From: Felis catus
Taxonomy: Eukaryota
Assembly (NCBI RefSeq): GCF_018350175.1
Contig: NC_058368.1
Coordinates: 145,330,001 to 145,394,000 of the forward strand
Length of the DNA: 64,000 nt
Direction: 5' to 3'
Under the pieces are notes generated by a model, which ran no database searches, was not told the origin of the DNA, and saw only the letters and a list, made by a program, of their open reading frames with translations. Position numbers and translations under genes: made by a program. Of the stretch, positions 52,400 through 64,000 are shown piece by piece; the first letter of the stretch is position 1; every line of letters begins with the position of its first letter.

Positions 52400-54028
52400 G
52401 CTTAGTAACTTTCCCCCCTCAGCCTAAATGCCTTACTGGCAGGAAAATGATTGCAAAGACAAGGTACACAGCGAACTGCACTGGCACCTCACCGCAGAAA
52501 ATCCCGGGCAGGAAGAGACTGGCCCATCTTTAAGTGTTGCACAAGTAATACAAAAAACCAAAACTTTTTGAGATTGGTTCGAACAGTAAGCTTTTACAGT
52601 TTATTAGGATAAAGCTAAATAAACCAGTTACAAGATCACACCATTCGAAGCTAAAGCCAACTGCCTCAATGTAGGATGGATAGAAGCCCTCATTTTACCC
52701 ATCAATCTAGAAATTGAGGCCAGGAAAGCAAAAGAGATGGAAACAGTGGTACTCTCAAGTAAGACTTGTAAATATGTTGATGATATGTCAGATGGTACAA
52801 AGAAATTATTAATGCAGGTTATTATTAAAATAAACACCTGTTAAGAAACTGCCAAATTCTGAAACAGTTAGAATTCCTGAAGAGAAATGCTGGGAAGAAT
52901 ATCAGTTCTCTATAAAGAAATACCAAAAGAAATTACTGGGGGTGAAATATTGAAGGTTGTGAATTCATACTTTGAAACAAATAAGGTATGTTGGAAACAT
53001 GCTTGGGTTTGTATACTGATGGAGTGAGTGCAGGGACAGGAAGATGTAATGGCTGCACACCAAAAGTTGGGAAAATACTGAGCTTCAAATAATAACGATA
53101 TTTTCTTTTCATAGAAGCTCTGTTGTAAAAGTCTGCCTCCATATGAATTTCACATAGTCTGGTGTATTCTAAATGGAGAATACAATATACCCGAAACTGC
53201 TTTATTCACATCTGTTTTTAGCTGCATGTGAAGAAATGGGATTGGAATAAGCTTTCCACTGTTTCATACTCTGGGTGGTATATGTCCAAAGAAGAGTTCT
53301 GTCAAAAGTTTATGAGCTAGAAGGAGAATTCAGACTTGCTCTATAAACAGTTCTTGTTTGAAGATTTGTTAAAAAGTAGTTATTGGCTTGAAAAAATAGC
53401 TTCATTAGCTGAGTGAATAAACCCAATAGAATATTGCCAGAATCTCATGATAATGTCTCCACATGTGCTGATACAATTTATGGAGTTAGTGCAGAAATTT
53501 GGCCTCAGAAACGTGGGGTTAAAAACGATTCATTTGTGGCGTTTAGTTTGTTGCATGGTTTCAATAGTAAAGAACGATCATTAAGACGAGTAGAGCAACA
53601 TCTTGCATAGTTAAGGAAAAGCTGCATCATGGATTTAAGTGTATGATTTCAGTTGTATTCACAATTTATTTATGCTATCCTAAGAAATTTTCACATTACA
53701 CTTGTTGATGAAAGTAAAGGAAGAGTTGTTTGATTTACTGAATGATGACAATTTTGAAGTACAATTTAGCTTTGAATTATCCAAATTCTAGTTAGTGATG
53801 AGAAAGGAGTTTCTATCATTTGTCTGTGTAGCGGTGGAAAGTAGCTTGGGGCTGCTGGTAGGGGTGGAGATTGACTAATAATTTTGTAATATAAAGAAAA
53901 TGTATTTAAGATTTTTTCCACTGAGTTCCTTATAGATACCACCAAATCCCATCAAGTTTACTCCACTATACTGTTCAAATATGAATTTTTATGTGTGTCA
54001 TGATTTGAAAGGGTTAGGAAGCACTGGA
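52400..54028 (+). mobile_element. Decayed hAT-Charlie/Buster-type DNA transposon with transposase remnants
   Basis: Hand translation gives IEALILP..., VLSSKT...DDMSD, ITGGEILKVVNSYFE, GLYTDG, CEEMG and VLSKVYEL; right TIR-like end ggttaggaagcactgg. The 5' boundary is uncertain. Confidence 0.8.
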
Positions 54029-54449
54029 CTGAAACCTGTAACAGTCTGGAAAGCTGAGGCAAGAATGTTAACTGTGACAGGTCTCAAATTCAGTCATTAA
54101 ATGATTTCAGAGAATAGAGTACAAAGCAAAGACTGGGAGAGGGTAAGATTTCAGGAAATACATTTACTAACTGGGCAAGTGTGATGGGGGAGAGCCTGCT
54201 GTCTCCTATGTCTTACTGAGGTGGGGAATAAGGACCAGCAGTAGTGGGATGGGTAGGTGGCAAGAAGATGATGAACCAGACTCATCTGGACTAAAGCCAA
54301 ATAGCTGTTCTGGTGGTCTCTGAATTATGTGGAATAAAGGCTTGGGTAGAGAAATAGGTTTCTTAGCCTTCTATAACTCATTCATGGGGATTGATCAAAA
54401 CAAGTCAACTTTTGAAGGAGAAACCTACTTTTTGGAAAAAAATACTAGT

Positions 54450-54650
54450 AATTACTTTGTGTCAGGTTCTATTTTTAGTGTTTTCTATGTATTAATTCAG
54501 TTTAATTTTACACTGGCTGGTAATAGTACCATTATGATTCTCATTTTAGAGGTGAGGAAACTAAGGTCGCTCCTGTTCATGGTAGAGCTGGTACATGAAC
54601 TCAGGCAGTCTGACTGTAGAATCTCTGTACCTGTCTCTATGCTACACTGC
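54450..54650 (-). mobile_element. MIR
   Basis: ctcattttagaggtgaggaaactaagg...gaactcaggcagtctgact. Confidence 0.75.
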
Positions 54651-54894
54651 CTCTCAAATCTGTAGTATATCTAACTACCTTTCTCCTCCTAAATTTCCCC
54701 CCTTGATCTCAACGCAGACTGTTCTCACGTCCTGGACCTTCTCCTGTGGAGGAGGTGGCCTACAATGGATGCTATACTAGGACTTCCTCTTAACGTTATG
54801 ACTCAGTTGCTTGTTTGGGGGAAAGTTGATGAATATGGTCCAAAATTAAGATGTCATCAGAACATTTACTTTGCAATACCCCATCATTTTATTA

Positions 54895-55097
54895 AGTAGC
54901 TATGCTTTAGAATATGGTGGCCACTAGCTACGTGTGGCAGTTCAAATTGAAATTTTAATTAATAAGTAAAATCAACTCCGATCAAAAACTTGGTTCCCTT
55001 AAAGTTGCACAAGCCACACTTTAAGTGGCTACTGCCTACCATTTTGCACAGCACAAGAAAGTTTTCTGTCATCACAGCTGGTTTCATTGGACAGTAG
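54895..55097. mobile_element. MER3/MER33-like hAT MITE
   Basis: aatatggtggccactagctacgtgtggc...gttgcacaagccacacttt...cattggacagt. Confidence 0.7.
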
Positions 55098-56151
55098 CAT
55101 TCCTCTTCTCCAGGTCAGCTACATAAGAAGTGAGAGCTCATTTCCTATTGGCTTCTTACTCCTCAGGCTGCCTTACTTCAGTGATTGGCTCCACTGTCTT
55201 TCCTCATATTGTAAAAGACAGCGATACCAGAAAATAAAAGATTTTTATGGTCATTAGTTGCTGGTTCATACAAGATATGCTTTCTTAAAACAGTGCTACA
55301 ATACTGTTGACCTTGCTGTCCTTACCTTACTTTGCAAGTATAACGATTACAAACTGTGTTCCAAGAAATCCGTACATGACAGCCTGTCACGCTTTGGCTT
55401 CTGTTGAACTTGAAGGCATCTTAGCTCTTGTGGCTTAAAGGTGTGCATTACTGTTAATAAGCAAGAGCTCCTATGGGTGTGTAGTTGGATTTTTGAACCC
55501 AATTTTAGGATTTGATTATTATTCATACTGAGTATAATCTCATTTTTGCCTGTTGTAATGGAGGTTTTGCTTTGTTTTTAAATTAAATGTGGATTTGATC
55601 AGCTGAGAAACCATCATTATTATTATTATACCCAGCTTTGATAAGCATACCTTTGTAGGTTGGCTGAAAAAAGTCATGTCAAACTAATCTCTTGTTTTCT
55701 TTTGAGACGGTTACCAGATGGGCAGGATGCTATGGAAGTAGTGAGTTTGATCTCAACCAAATCATTTAGAATGTTTTCAGGGGCTGGCAGTTTGGTGAAT
55801 AAGGACTGCAAAAATCCTATCAAATTTGAAAAACCTATTTAATCTGAGAAAAATAGACTGTTCAAGAAATTCAAAGGACTGTGTTGAGTGAGCAGTGTTG
55901 ATCAGAATGATAATTTATTGTTATCAGAGGAGGCTATCAAGGTTACTTACGATAAATATAAAGTGTTGTTAGTATGTTCAGGGGAACACATGAAGTTCCC
56001 CAGACCTTGGGGCAGCTCTACATAAGCAGGGGTAACTACAGGATCTTTTCATTCTTGCAACCACAAAAGTGAAGTGAGCCAAAAAACACAGTGGGAATTA
56101 AATGAAGTAGGGTTAAGTTTTCATTAAAGGCTGTGCAGTGCATTCACCACT

Positions 56152-56240
56152 CCTGGTTGCCCTGGCAACCAGGCTCCCTCGCATGCTAATGACATTATAA
56201 TGAGAAAAAAAACACATGCAAATGCAGTAAATAGTAATTA
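56152..56240. promoter_or_regulatory. Candidate enhancer: RFX X-box plus POU/octamer and homeobox motifs
   Basis: CCTGGTTGCCCTGGCAACCAGG palindrome, ATGCTAAT, ATGCAAAT and TAATTA within 90 bp of non-repeat sequence. Confidence 0.5.
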
Positions 56241-57374
56241 GAGGCAGAGCCATACATGGAGTGGTGAGCTCCACCTTGGGAAGGTCTGGGGAAGAACTGG
56301 TGAAGGGTTTGTATTGAAGACAAAGAAAGAGGTAATGAAATAAAGACTTTGAGCTATGTATAAAAGGGTTGAGTCTGCACAGAGTATACTCTAACATTTG
56401 CCTCCTGCAAATACCTGTCTTTTCTCCAAGCAGAACTTAGTCAAAATCAGAAGTCATGCAGTTGTATGTCCACATTGTCTTAACAGTTCTATCTGTTGGT
56501 ATCAATGAATGGAAAGAATCTTTGTTGTATTTGCCTTAGATTTGGAGCAACTGTAGCAACCTGCTGTTTGGAATGCCCTCTCTGCTCACACTGGACAGGA
56601 CTGGTCCCATCCAAAGTAGTGGAGCCAGAATATGTAGCCAAAAGTCGGTCTTGGTGAAGAGAGAGTCTTAATTCTGTGTTGTTTCAGGTGGGATAAGTAG
56701 GACCAACAGAAGACTACATTTGGTTAATATAGAGTATAACTGACTAATAATGCATGCCACTGGAAATGTGTCAGAGATGCTGCGTGACTGCCTCTCTCAA
56801 ATGTGATAGATAGGGTTTTTGATTTGCCTGAATGGTTAGACTCAGAGTCTATGAATTTGTGCTCAATTTCATTCTTTTCCCTTTATTTCATTTTATTCAG
56901 GCTCTTTTTCTCTGTCTTTTCTATTTTTATTGCCACTGTTGTTTATCTTTTGTTTGTGTATATTTCTTGGAAATGACTAGAAAATGTTAAGTTGCCTGCT
57001 TCACATTATCCTAATTCTTTGATTTATCTTATTAGTGTCAGCTGAACCATAAATTATTGAATGAAAATCACCAAAAATAGCCATTAAGATTCATAAATTC
57101 CTACTATTTTTTTCCTCTTTAAATAAAAAAAAGGTAAAAATTTTCACAAGGAGTGCATATCTACTTTTGTAAAAATTTGCATTAGTCTATTATTAACAGT
57201 TCAAGTAATATAACATATATATGATAAAGTGTTTTTGGCCACTTCTCACCTTCTCTGCCAACTCCCAGTCCCAAACTTCAGAGAAAACCAGTGTGGAGAG
57301 TAAACTTTAAAATCTCTTTCTATGAATTTATATGTGTGGTTATTATATGTAATGTACATTATTAAGATATTATT

Positions 57375-57575
57375 AATATCTAACACTTATTGACTGAATG
57401 CCATGTATCAGACACTGATCCTTTTTGTATATTAATTCATTTAATCCTTAGATAACCTCTCCTTGAGGGATTTTATAGAAAGAGGAAGGAAGGCCAAGAA
57501 AAGTTAAGAAACTTGTCCAAGGTGACAAGCCAAATTTATATCCCAGGAAGTGTGATTTGGAACTCATGTTTTCTC
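57375..57575 (-). mobile_element. MIR
   Basis: taacacttattgactg...tcatttaatcct...aagttaagaaacttgtccaaggtgaca. Confidence 0.75.
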
Positions 57576-57862
57576 TCATCACATTCTTCTTCCTATTCTG
57601 CAGGTAACACACACATATATGTTTTCTTTTCCCTGGGTCTAGAATCAATTACTCCATATGATTATTCTTCAGGTAGTTTTTTAACTTAATATTCAGAGGT
57701 CATTCCATCTCAGTAACTTACTTCTTCCATTTTTTCAAATTATTGCATTTCATTCTCCTGTTAAATGCAAGATAATTTAAGCAGTCCCCTATTGCACCAT
57801 TAGGTCCAATACACCATAATTTAAACAGTCCCCTATTGATGAGCATTTAATTTGCTATAACA

Positions 57863-59248
57863 TGGCACAAAAACAGACACATAGACCAATGGAATAGAAT
57901 AGAAACCCCAGAACTAGACCCACAAACGTATGGCCAACTCATCTTTGACAAAGCAGGAAAGAACATCCAATGGAAAAAAGACAGCCTCTTTAACAAATGG
58001 TGCTGGGAGAACTGGACAGCAACATGCAGAAGGTTGAAACTAGACCACTTTCTCACACCATTCACAAAAATAAACTCAAAATGGATAAAGGACCTAAATG
58101 TGAGACAGGAAACCATCAAAACCTTAGAGGAGAAAGCAGGAAAAGACCTCTCTGACCTCAGCCGTAGCAATCTCTTACTCGACACATCCCCAAAAGCAAG
58201 GGAATTAAAAGCAAAAGTGAATTACTGGGACCTTATGAAGATAAAAAGCTTCTGCACAGCAAAGGAAACAACCAACAAAACTAAAAGGCAACCAACGGAA
58301 TGGGAAAAGATATTCGCAAATGACATATCGGACAAAGGGCTAGTATCCAAAATCTATAAAGAGCTCACCAAACTCCACACCCGAAAAACAAATAACCCAG
58401 TGAAGAAATGGGCGGAAAACATGAATAGACACTTCTCTAAAGAAGATGTCTAAATGGCCAACAAGCACATGAAAAGATGCTCAATGTCACTCTTCATCAG
58501 GGAAATACAAATCAAAACCACACTCAGGTATCACCTCACGCCAGTCAGAGTGGCCAAAATGAACAAATCAGGAGACTATAGATGCTGGAGAGGATGTGGA
58601 GAAACGGGAACCCTGTTGCACTGTAGGTGGGAATGCAAATTGGTGCAGCCGCTCTGGAAAGCAGTGTGGAGGTTCCTCAGAAAATTAAAAATAGACCTAC
58701 CCTATGACCCAGCAATAGCACTGCTAGGAACTTATCCAAGGGATACAGGAGTACTGATGCACAGGGCCACTTGTACCCCAATGTTCATAGCAGCACTCTC
58801 AACAATAGCCAAATTATGGAAAGAGCCTAAATGTCCATCAACTGATGAATGGATAAAGAAATTGTGGTTTATATACACAATGGAATATTACGTGGCAATG
58901 AGAAAAAATGAAATATGGCCTTTTGTAGCAACGTGGATGGAACTGGAGAGTGTGATGCTGAGTGAAATAAGCCATACAGAGAAAGACAGATACCATATGG
59001 TTTCACTCTTATGTGGACCCTGAGAAACTTAACAGGAACCCATGGGGGAGGGGAAGGAAAAAAAAAAACAGGTTAGAGTGGGAGAGAGCCAAAGCATAAG
59101 AGACTGTTAAAAACTGAGAACAAACTGAGGGTTGATGGGGGGTGGGAGGGAGGAGAGGGTGGGTGATGGGTATTGAGGAGGGCACCTTTTGGGATGAGCA
59201 CTGGGTGTTGTATGGAAACCAATTTGTCAATAAATTTCATAAAAAAAA
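57863..59248 (+). mobile_element. Young 5'-truncated L1 (L1_Fc-like), ~1.4 kb
   Basis: ORF2 C-terminus at 58034-59023 with one stop at 58451, 3' UTR and A tail; perfect TSD taatttgctataaca at 57848-57862 and 59249-59263. Confidence 0.97.
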
Positions 59249-60489
59249 TAATTTGCTATAACAAATGATACTTTAATAAATACCCATGCAGAACATTTTT
59301 TATATATACTTATATATCTGTAGAATTAATAGTTCAAAATGGAATTGCTGAATGAGAGAGTGTGCTCACTTTGCATTTTGACGGATACTGCAAAATTAGC
59401 ACAATTATCACTTTCTTCTTGAAAAACTCTTTGCTTAGCATCTGGGACATAAACCTGTCAGTTAACTTCTACCTTGAGACTGTTTCTTCTTGGCTTCCTC
59501 TGCTGGTTCCTTCTCATCTATCAACAGCTGAACACCAGAGTGCCCCAGGGCTCATTCTTTGGACTTCTTTTCTTCTGCATTTAGACTCCCTCTCTAGGAT
59601 ATCTTACCCAGCTCCTTGGCTGTAAATACTATACATTCACTGATATCTCTTAAAAATTGTGTTTTTAGTGCCTATCATGTCCCTGAACTTCTGGCTTTTA
59701 TTTCCAGCAACCTAATTGACATTCCATTTGAATGTGTACAAGGTATTGCACATTTAATTCATTTTTATTAAAGCTTCTCCCTCTCCACCCCAACCTTCTT
59801 CTTCTACATACTTCCCTATCTCAATAAATATTAGCTTCCAAATGTTCAGGAGAAGAGCCTGAAGTTACCTTTGACTCCTCTCTTTCTCTTACATCCATGT
59901 TTAGTCCTTTAGTAAATCCTAACTCCATCTTCAAAATATATCCATAATCTACCACTTCTCACCACCTTGACTGCACCACGTTAGCCCAGGCTGCATCATT
60001 TCTCACCTGGCTTGTTGCAGTGGCTTCCTAATTAATGCCCATTTAGAATCTAGTCTTTAAACAGCAGCTAGAGTGGTCTTGTAAGAATGTGAGTCTGGTC
60101 ATATAAGTCTGTGGCTCGGAACCCTCCAATGACTTTCAGTTTTAGAATAAAATCCAAAGCTTTGTTCATGACTTCCAAGGTCTAATCAGTTCTTACACCC
60201 TTTACTCTCTAGTCTCAAGTTCTGTCATTCCCCCACTCTTTCATTCTGCTCCAGCCATACTAATATCCTTGCCATTTACACCATGGGGCCTTGGCACTTC
60301 CCATTCCTACTGTCTGTTGTGTTCTTCTCTTAGATAGCTTTATGACTTATTCCCTTATTTTGTTAGATCAGTGCTCACCATATCAATGAGGAGCTACTAC
60401 TTGCCTACCTAATGTAAAATAGCATCTTCCTAATCCTATCATTCAATCCCCCTTACCCCTTTTTAAAATTTATTTATGTACTTAATTAT

Positions 60490-60525
60490 TTTTATTTTTT
60501 AACAGAAAAAAAAATTTTAGTGTAT

Positions 60526-60568
<43 letters not shown>

Positions 60569-60740
60569 GAGCCCTGGAGCAGGGGAGAGGCAGAGAGAGA
60601 GGGAGAGAGAGAATCCCAAGCAGATTCCATGAATCAGAGCAGAGCCCAACGTGGGGTTCAAACTCACAAATTGTGAGATCATGACCTGAGCCGAAATCAA
60701 GAGTCAGACACTTAACTGCCTGAGTCACCCAGGCACCCCC
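60490..60740 (-). mobile_element. CanSINE with expanded (TTTA)n tail
   Basis: Core motifs; (TTTA)n at 60524-60567. Confidence 0.93.
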
Positions 60741-60749
60741 TTACTACTT

Positions 60750-60782
60750 ATTTTTAGAGAGAGAAAGCAAGGAAGGGAGAAG

Positions 60783-60820
<38 letters not shown>

Positions 60821-60942
60821 CTCAAGCAGGGGCCTGATCCCACATAGGACTCCTCGGGGGGGCTCCATCCCAACCGTCAGATCATGACCTGAGCCGAAAT
60901 CAAGAGATGGTCAGTGGTCCAACTGAGACACCCAGGCATCCC
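60750..60942 (-). mobile_element. CanSINE (tandem with the previous copy)
   Basis: (GA)n, agatcatgacctgagccgaaatcaaga. Confidence 0.9.
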
Positions 60943-61149
60943 TACTCTAATTTACTTTTATTGCACTTAATCCCACCTACTTTACATATTTAGTTATTTG
61001 TTATCTCCTCTACCCTGCTCCCTGTTTTCCAGAATGCAAGCTTCATGAGGAAAAGAACCTGTTCACTTTCTGTTCACTACTGTAACCCTGAGGCTGAGTA
61101 CAATATATTGCATGAAGTAGGTGCTAATAGTATTTGTTGAATGAATGAA

Positions 61150-62560
61150 AACATAGACAAAGTTTCTCTCCAAATATACTGTAGCAATTAATTTTCCTAT
61201 CAAAAAGTATATGAGTATCCCCATTATCTCCTACTCTATAAAATTAGATATTACTGATCTTTTTAAGTTTTTCATTCTAAAAGGTAAAAAATGATATATT
61301 GATTTAGTTTGCATTTTCCTTATTACACTGAGGTTGAGCATATTTTTATATGCTTATTGGTCACTGGTATTTCTTCCAGGAATTTTTTGTTTATGTCCTT
61401 TGTCTGTTTTACTGTAGGGTTGTTTATCTTTGTAATATCGATTTGTAGGAGTAACTTATATATTATGACTATCAATCCTTCATTTCTTATATGTATTGCA
61501 AATATTTTTTCCTAGACTGCCACTTCTCTTTTAACTTTGTTAATAGTGTCATTTGTCATATAGGAGTTTTAAATTTTTAACAAATCTGCCTTCTTTTGCT
61601 TTATGGCTTCTGGGTTGGTGTTTTGCTCAGGAAATCCTCCCTAACTTCATATTATGAAAATATTCTCTTATATTTTCCTCTAGACCGTTATTTTTATTAT
61701 TATTTTATATTTAGAGCTTTAATCCATCTGGAATTTATTTTGGAGATTGTGTGAGATAGTAATGTGGTTTACTTTATTTAATGGTGAACCAGATGACTTC
61801 ATGTTTATTATTGACTCATCCATTCTTCCATCTATGATCCAATTTTTTTCTTATATATTAAATTCCAACATATGAGTCGACTGCTGCACTCCATATTCTA
61901 ATCCTTGATCTTTTTTACTTGTCTGTCACAATTACATAGATTTTAATTATTACTAGTGCCCTTCAGTTGATTTTGATAACTGATAAATATACCATTCATT
62001 GTTCTTTTAAAAAAAATCAACTACCCTGTGCATTTTTTAAACATAAATTTTAGAATCATTTTACAAGTTTCATAAAAACTTAGGATTTTTTTCATGGTCT
62101 ACAGTAAAGTTGTAGAGTTTTCCTGACATGATACATATATTCCTGGATATTTGACATGTTTTTGTTCATATTGGGAATGGTGTATTTTATCTTCATGATT
62201 TTAATTGATTACTACTATATTTGTAAAATTATTGGTTTTTAAAATTTTCTTTTAAGTTTAGTTATTTTGAGAGGGAGGGAGGGGGAGAGAGACAGAGAGT
62301 GAGAGAGGGAGAGAATAAGTGAGGAGGGGCAGAGAGAGAAAGAGAAAGAGAAAATCCCAAGCAGGCTCCTTGTTGTCAGTGCAAGATCATGACCTAAGCA
62401 GGATGCTTAACCAACTGAGCCACCCAGGTGCCCCTAAAATTATTGTTTTTATATGTTGATCTTCCTGGACACTCTCTGAAACTCTCTTATTTATTTTTAT
62501 TACTTTTTCTGTTGATTCTTTAGATTATTTAAGCACACCATGGAACCGTCTGCCATTTTA
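61150..62560 (-). mobile_element. Old L1M ORF2 fragment
   Basis: tttgcattttcc...gaggttgagcatatttttatatgcttattgg...ttaatccatctggaatttatttt. Confidence 0.78.
62248..62434 (-). mobile_element. CanSINE (internally deleted)
   Basis: Core motifs; TSD taaaattattg. Confidence 0.92.
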
Positions 62561-63691
62561 TCTTTTCTTTTATAAGAACTTTCTCCAGACAATGAGTTGG
62601 GACACTTGTGGACCTCACCTTGTATATTTCCAATCTCTTAGAGATTACTGTCCTGCACTGCCTGTGTCCCAATATCTGAAAATTCTGGTTTCATGTTTTT
62701 TTGTTTAGCTTTCTAGTTGCTTAAGATGGAAGGGTAAATCTAGTCTCCATTCTATAGAACTACTAAAGAAACAGAAGAAGGCAAAACTTCTTGAAGAATA
62801 CTAGTGTGTATTGCCATTATATGAACATTTACATTTAATAAATATAGATTTTAACCTAAAATATTATCAGATATATATGATCATCAGTTCAACTGTTCTG
62901 TTTCCAAACCAAGATTGGCAGCAGAGCAGTGGGAGAACATGATTAATTCATGGAAATGAAGAAGAGGTATTAAAGGATGTCTCCCTAAGATTTGTAGCAT
63001 TGTGGGCTATTGTGTTGGCCCAGCTTTCACATAGCTCTTGCCTTGATACAGAGGCAACAGACTTCCTTCTTCTTCTGTGATTTGCTCATGTCATGCTCTG
63101 GGAAGCAGGAGTTCTGATAGAAGATACAGAAGGAGAGGGCATTCAGTAGAAAAGCTTTAAACATGCACAGGCTTGGAATGGAGATGACTATGAGGGCAGA
63201 GATTGTGACTCATTCTGGGAAATATGTCAGGAAACTTTTGTTACATTAATAAAAAAGACTGAGAGGATAACATCTTCCCTCTTTTTCTTCCTCTTCCCTC
63301 TTTTCTGTCAGTGTGAGTTTGCCACATTCCTGATATTGATCCAATTAGTGGATATTGAATGCTCTTTTTGGCAAGTAGAATGATTTTAGTAAAGTCTTCA
63401 ATCTCACAGTATTCAGGCCTCATGGATAAAAAGCAGTGATTGTACTAGTACTGTGCAGCCTTCTCTAAAAGCTGTCAGTATCTTCTTCCCTATGATTGGT
63501 CAAAACCCTTTTGGTTTTCAGCAGTAGCCGTGAGAATCTGGCTTATTGTGCTCAGGTTGGAACAGCTTCTGAAGTACTAACCATTGACTCTGTCCTACCT
63601 TGGCTGTTCTTCTGGGCAAGCTGCCTCTGTGTTCTGTGCAGCAGCTGTGTGACTGCCTTTCACTCACCTCTTTCTGCTTTGCTATCTATAC

Positions 63692-63832
63692 TGAGTTGAA
63701 TAGTGTCCCCCCAAATTCATGTCCACCTTAATTTTGGACGTCAAGCCCCCAGTTTCAGAATGGTGAGAGAATAATACATATCTCTAGTTTTAAGCTACCC
63801 ATTTTGCAGTACTTTGTATGGCACCTATACAA
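63692..63832 (+). mobile_element. MLT1-like LTR remnant (internally deleted)
   Basis: gttgaatagtgtccccccaaattcatgtccac ... gttttaagctacccattttgcagtactttg. Confidence 0.65.
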
Positions 63833-63905
63833 AAGGAAGACCTTTCTCACTTTCCGTTTCTCTTCCTCCCACCCTCACAGCAGGAGCCTTCTCTGAGTTA
63901 AACTA

Positions 63906-64000
63906 GGGGCGCCTGGGTGGCGCAGTCGGTTAAGCGTCCGACTTCAGCCAGGTCACGATCTCGCGGTCTGTGGGTTCGAGCCCCGCGTCAGGCTCTGGGC
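63906..64000 (+). mobile_element. Very young SINEC_Fc (cut by the window end)
   Basis: ggggcgcctgggtggcgcagtcggttaagcgtccgacttcagccaggtcacgatctcgcgg, with many CpGs retained. Confidence 0.96.

Larger units (their letters stand above)
59420..61148 (+). mobile_element. L2 (3' part) interrupted by two SINEs
   Basis: ttgactcctctctttctcttacatcc...ttctgctccagccatact...agaatgcaagcttcatgagg...tatttgttgaatgaatgaa. Confidence 0.82.

Noticed and set aside
63906..63990. tRNA-like A/B boxes as a tRNA gene
   Set aside because: This is the tRNA-derived head of a CanSINE, continuing into SINE body.
26417..64000. A further ATG10 coding exon
   Set aside because: I found no segment encoding the expected continuation (DCSDGYMCK-like, from memory of the human protein). 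It probably lies beyond the window, though I could have missed a short exon by eye.
1..64000. CRISPR arrays, operons or other prokaryote-type systems
   Set aside because: The sequence is mammalian. Recurrent motifs are TSDs, SINEs and microsatellites, not repeat-spacer arrays.

Overview
This is AT-rich mammalian genomic DNA, almost certainly from a felid, since it carries SINEC_Fc-like CanSINEs and young L1_Fc-like LINEs. The window holds the 5' part of the autophagy E2-like gene ATG10 on the + strand: a CpG-island promoter and first exon near 12.2-12.5 kb (donor at 12541) and the first canonical coding exon at 26297-26416 ([36 protein letters not shown]). I found no further ATG10 exon, so the rest is probably intron. 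About 28 CanSINEs, three 5'-truncated young L1s, old L1M/L2/MIR/MLT repeats and hAT-Charlie fossils fill the remainder. Almost all small ORFs in the track are repeat-derived or chance. The best observations are: (1) exon 1 is open and in frame with the ATG10 CDS, giving a possible N-terminal extension from a strong-Kozak ATG; (2) one target site was used three times by retrotransposons, leaving four copies of AAACTGATTTTT; (3) a ~2.1 kb inverted L1 pair lies in the intron; (4) one L1 has a probable 3' transduction; (5) a decayed Charlie/Buster transposase is readable; (6) there is an RFX X-box plus octamer enhancer-like cluster. I see no evidence of a wholly new biological system. Repeat boundaries and subfamily names were recognised by eye and are approximate.
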